From Desulfobulbus propionicus DSM 2032 (GTDB lineage Bacteria > Desulfobacterota > Desulfobulbia > Desulfobulbales > Desulfobulbaceae), in the NCBI RefSeq assembly GCF_000186885.1, contig NC_014972.1:2700001-2732000 (forward strand): a DNA stretch of 32,000 bases, written 5' to 3'. Below, one piece after another: positions 28,738 to 32,000 of the stretch (positions are counted from its first letter, which is position 1; every line of letters starts with the position of its first letter). The notes below the pieces were generated by a model, which had not been told where the DNA came from, did no database searches, and saw only the letters and a list, made by a program, of their open reading frames with translations. The translations under genes were made by a program, and so were the position numbers.

Positions 28738-28762
28738 TTACAATAACGGAAGATTAATCGCT

Positions 28763-29170
28763 ATGATCCAACCTGAAATCGAAAAACACCTCCGCAACGA
28801 TGCCTTTGCCCAATGGCTGGGCGCCACCATTGAAACCATCGAACCGGGCTACAGCCGGGTGTCACTGGTGGTGAGTGAATCGATGCTCAACTTCCACCGC
28901 ATGACCCACGGCGGGTTGGTGTTTGCCCTGGGTGACATCGCCTTTGGCGCCGCCAGCAACTCGCACGGCCAGACCGCCCTGGCTCTCAATGTGGCCATCA
29001 ACTTTGTCCGCGCCACTGGGGTGGGCGATCACCTGGTGGCCGAGGCCAAAGAGGTGCAACAGGGCGGAACCATCGCCCTGTACGATATCGTGGTCAGCGA
29101 ACGGAACAGCGGCCAACTGGTTGCCAAGAGCCAGGCCACGGTGTACCGTAAACGGCAATCCTTTGTCTGA
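28763..29170 (+). CDS. PaaI-type hot-dog fold thioesterase
   Basis: 135 aa; MLNFHRMTHGGLVFALGDIAFGAASNS, ALNVAINFVRATGVGDHLVAEAKEVQQGGTIALYDIVV. Confidence 0.88.
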   Translation: MIQPEIEKHLRNDAFAQWLGATIETIEPGYSRVSLVVSESMLNFHRMTHGGLVFALGDIAFGAASNSHGQTALALNVAINFVRATGVGDHLVAEAKEVQQGGTIALYDIVVSERNSGQLVAKSQATVYRKRQSFV

Positions 29171-29257
29171 AAGACCTCACCGTCTAGGGCGACCGGCCTT
29201 TCCCGATCCAACCGTTCAACTTGTTCCGCCCGGCGCTGCCGAGCCATGAGGCGTACC

Positions 29258-30436
29258 ATGGAAAACGCATTTTCCGACCGCATCACCGATGTCCCCAAGT
29301 CCTTCATTCGCGAGATCCTCAAAGTCACCATTGACTCCTCGATCATCTCCTTTGCCGGCGGCCTGCCCAACCGCACGTTCTTTCCGGTCAAGGGGCTGCA
29401 ACAGGCGGCCCATGACGTCTTCGAGGAGGCGGGCAACGAGATCCTCCAATACTCGAACTCCGAGGGCTATCTCGGCCTGCGCCAGTTCATCGCCGACCGC
29501 TACCGCACCCAGCAGGGGCTGGAAATTCCGGTCGAGGACATCCTCATCACCACCGGTTCGCAGCAGGGGCTCGATCTGCTCGGCAAGACCTTCCTCAACG
29601 AAGGCGACGACCTGATCATCGAGGAACCGGGCTACCTTGGTGCCATCCAGGCCTTTGCCATGTACCGGCCCCGCTTCCACCCGGTGCCGGTGTTTGAGGG
29701 CGGCATGGACATCGACAAGTTGGCCCAGGTGCTCAGGGAGCGGCAGCCAAAGCTGCTCTACACGGTGACCAATTTCCAGAATCCGAGCGGCATCAGCTAC
29801 AGCGATGACAACCGCAGGGCCGTGGCCGAGCTGGTGCAGGGCCGCTCCTGCCTGATCATCCAGGACGATCCCTATGGCGACCTGCGTTTCTCCGGCACGC
29901 CCAAAGTCTCGTTCAAGCGTCTTCTCTCCGCCAACACCGTGCTGCTCGGTTCATTCTCGAAAACCGTGGCCCCGGCCCTGCGTCTGGGCTGGCTGGTGGC
30001 GCCGCCGCCGATCATGGACAAGCTGGTGATCGCCAAACAGGCAGCGGACCTGCACACCGACTATCTGGCGCAGCGCATCCTCTACCGATTCCTCTGCGAC
30101 AACGACATTGATGCCCATATCGCCACCATCATCCGCCAGTACGGCAAACAGAAGGAGGCGATGATCAGCGCGATCAAAGACTCCTTTCCCGCCGGGGTGC
30201 AGTCCACCAACCCGGAGGGCGGCATGTTTCTCTGGGTCACCCTGCCCGAAGGAATCTCGTCGATGGCCCTGTTCGAGGCGGCCATCAAGAAAAAGGTTGC
30301 CTTTGTGCCGGGAACCCCTTTCTATGTGGACCGCAAGGACAGCAATACCCTACGCCTGAACTTTTCCTGCTCGGATGAACCGACCATCGTCGAGGGGATC
30401 AAACGTTTGGGCCAATCCATCAAGGAACTTTTGTAA
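29258..30436 (+). CDS. PLP-dependent class I/II aminotransferase (LysN/2-aminoadipate, MocR-C-terminal-like)
   Basis: IISFAGGLPNRTFFP, ILITTGSQQGLDLLGKTFLNEGD, VTNFQNPSGISYSDDNRR, IIQDDPYGDLRFSG, LLGSFSKTVAPALRLGWLV (PLP lysine). An alternative in-frame start lies at 29246. Confidence 0.9.
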   Translation: MENAFSDRITDVPKSFIREILKVTIDSSIISFAGGLPNRTFFPVKGLQQAAHDVFEEAGNEILQYSNSEGYLGLRQFIADRYRTQQGLEIPVEDILITTGSQQGLDLLGKTFLNEGDDLIIEEPGYLGAIQAFAMYRPRFHPVPVFEGGMDIDKLAQVLRERQPKLLYTVTNFQNPSGISYSDDNRRAVAELVQGRSCLIIQDDPYGDLRFSGTPKVSFKRLLSANTVLLGSFSKTVAPALRLGWLVAPPPIMDKLVIAKQAADLHTDYLAQRILYRFLCDNDIDAHIATIIRQYGKQKEAMISAIKDSFPAGVQSTNPEGGMFLWVTLPEGISSMALFEAAIKKKVAFVPGTPFYVDRKDSNTLRLNFSCSDEPTIVEGIKRLGQSIKELL

Positions 30437-30454
30437 AAAAGAAAGGAGGCATCC

Positions 30455-30817
30455 ATGTTCACCACCAAGAAAATAGCCTGCACCTGCACTGCCCTGGCCC
30501 TCTGTGCCGTGATGCTTTTCGGCTGCGGCGAGGATCAGGAGAAAAAAACGGAGAAAAAAGATGTAACCGTCCAACAGCAGCTGGGCAAGGACGCGGCGCA
30601 AAGCGTGCAACAACCGCTGGAAGACGCGCGCAAGGCAGCTGAGCAGGCAGGAGAAAAGGCCACGCAGGTGATCGACAGCGCTGCGGAAAAAACAAAGGAA
30701 GCGGTCAATGAGACCGTGAAGCAGGCCGATCAGGTGATCGAGGCTGCGGCCGAAAAGGCCAAAGAGGCTGCCCAGGAAACAGAGGGCAAAGAGAAGAAAA
30801 AGCTGGAAGGCTGCTAA
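30455..30817 (+). CDS. Small lipoprotein with amphipathic apolipoprotein/LEA-like repeats
   Basis: Lipobox signal MFTTKKIACTCTALALCAVMLFGCGED followed by Ala/Glu/Lys-rich helical repeats (AAEQAGEKATQVIDSAAEKTKEAVNETVKQADQVIEAAAEKAKEAAQET). Confidence 0.75.
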   Translation: MFTTKKIACTCTALALCAVMLFGCGEDQEKKTEKKDVTVQQQLGKDAAQSVQQPLEDARKAAEQAGEKATQVIDSAAEKTKEAVNETVKQADQVIEAAAEKAKEAAQETEGKEKKKLEGC

Positions 30818-30824
30818 GCGGCAT

Positions 30825-30854
30825 AAAAAAAGGGATGCGTCCTGGACGCATCCC
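30825..30854 (-). terminator. Rho-independent terminator for the dnaJ-like gene (possibly bidirectional)
   Basis: GGGATGCGT-CCTGG-ACGCATCCC 9 bp stem (30832-30840/30846-30854) flanked by AAAAAAA on the plus strand, i.e. a T-tract on the minus strand. Confidence 0.85.
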
Positions 30855-30901
30855 TGCACTGCACCCTGACGGCGAGCCGGTTCCCCGCCTCACCGTATCT
30901 T

Positions 30902-31846
30902 TTACAAACCAACCGCAGCCAATCCCTTGACCGCTTCTTCCTGCTCCGAGGACAGGGTTTTGGGAATACGGACCGCTATTTTCACCAACAGATCACCGCG
31001 ATGGCCGATGGGGCCGGTGGGCAGGCCATGCCCCTTGATCCGCAGCTTGGCCTCCTGTTGCACGCCGGCCGGCACCTTGACGTTGAATTTCTTGCCGTCC
31101 AGGGTGGTCACCTCGATGGTGGTTCCCAGGCAGGCCTCGCTGAACGGAATGCGATGTTCGACCACCAGGTCTTCTTCAGCTCGCTGAAACACCGGATGCT
31201 CGGCCACATGCACCTTGAGGTACAGATCTCCGGCCGGGCCGCCCGACGAGGAGGGCGCCCCCTTGCCGGACAGCCGTAATCGCTTGCCGTCCTCAATCCC
31301 CTTGGGGATCTTGACCGAAACATTCTGGGGCTGCCCGCCCTGACGCAGACTGATGGTCTTTTCCGCCCCATGGAGCACATCCTCCAGGGTGACGGTCATC
31401 TCGTAGGTGAGGTCGCTGCCCTTGACCGGTTGCGGACCGCAACCGCCGCAACCGCCGCGCATCCCCCCCTGTCCGAACAGGTTGTCGAACGGCGAACCGC
31501 CGCCTGCGCCACGAAAGCCGCTGGTATGAAAGGCTCCGCCACCGCTGCGGAACCCGCCGCCAAAGCCAAACTGGCGGAGAATATCGTTGAGATCGAAATT
31601 GCGGAAGATGTCTTCCTGGGAATAGCGCTGCTTGAATCCGGTTGAACCGAAGGTGTCGTACTGCTGCCGTTTCTCCGGATCAGAGAGTACCGCATAGGCC
31701 TCGCTGATCTCCTTGAACTTTTCCTCGGCCTGCTTGTCGCCGGGGTTCTTGTCTGGATGGTATTTGAGGGCCAATTTGCGGTAGGCCTTTTTTATCTCGT
31801 CGGCGCTGGCTGTTTTTGCCACGCCAAGAATTTGATAATACTCCAT
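30902..31846 (-). CDS. DnaJ-like (type II/CbpA-like) co-chaperone
   Basis: J domain [37 protein letters not shown] with HPD, G/F-rich region, and DnaJ C-terminal domain ([45 protein letters not shown]). No full zinc-finger repeats. Confidence 0.92.
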   Translation of the reverse strand: MEYYQILGVAKTASADEIKKAYRKLALKYHPDKNPGDKQAEEKFKEISEAYAVLSDPEKRQQYDTFGSTGFKQRYSQEDIFRNFDLNDILRQFGFGGGFRSGGGAFHTSGFRGAGGGSPFDNLFGQGGMRGGCGGCGPQPVKGSDLTYEMTVTLEDVLHGAEKTISLRQGGQPQNVSVKIPKGIEDGKRLRLSGKGAPSSSGGPAGDLYLKVHVAEHPVFQRAEEDLVVEHRIPFSEACLGTTIEVTTLDGKKFNVKVPAGVQQEAKLRIKGHGLPTGPIGHRGDLLVKIAVRIPKTLSSEQEEAVKGLAAVGL

Positions 31847-32000
31847 AAAACGCTCTTCACACAATAAAGGTTGCTCTCAAATGGGCGGCTAGTGGAGGGT
31901 ACTATAAGATCAAATGCGGCCTTGTCTATCGAACGGCCTCGGCCGCGGTCATTTTTCCGCAGGCAAGCCGGTGGCCGCGCCGATACGCTGGCCGCTGACA

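Noticed and set aside
30902-31846. Canonical type I DnaJ with zinc finger
   Set aside because: Only a single CGGCG motif is present. The four CxxCxGxG repeats are missing, so it is better called a type II/CbpA-like J protein.

Overview
This 32 kb window is a mostly single-copy bacterial chromosomal segment. I infer a Desulfobacterota/Desulfobulbales-like propionate- or succinate-handling anaerobe, from gene content only. From left to right it contains: (1) the 3' end of a succinate dehydrogenase/fumarate reductase operon (cytochrome b, flavoprotein, FeS) ending in a strong terminator; (2) a DctB/DctD-like two-component system convergent with a DctPQM TRAP transporter; (3) a radical-SAM lysine-2,3-aminomutase family gene; (4) an HDOD-GGDEF regulator; (5) a CitE/malyl-CoA-lyase-like gene; (6) a minus-strand sucC-sucD-mmdA-small ORF-oadA-type operon; (7) about 1 kb with no convincing gene, holding an in-phase imperfect duplication; (8) a P-loop ATPase with an Asp23-like C-terminus; (9) an orphan YejA-like solute-binding protein; (10) a LeuC/LeuD-type hydro-lyase pair; (11) an HNH endonuclease gene and an IS200-like/RAYT transposase gene, bracketed by three copies of a GTAGGGTGGGCAC...GTGCCCAC palindromic (REP-like) element; (12) a hot-dog thioesterase, a LysN/MocR-type aminotransferase, a lipoprotein with amphipathic repeats and a DnaJ-like chaperone. 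The best candidate for something unusual is the REP/HNH/REP/RAYT/REP module at about 27.15-28.74 kb. The P-loop ATPase and the unexplained 21.1-22.1 kb region come next. I saw no CRISPR array, rRNA or tRNA, and no clear multi-gene defence operon.
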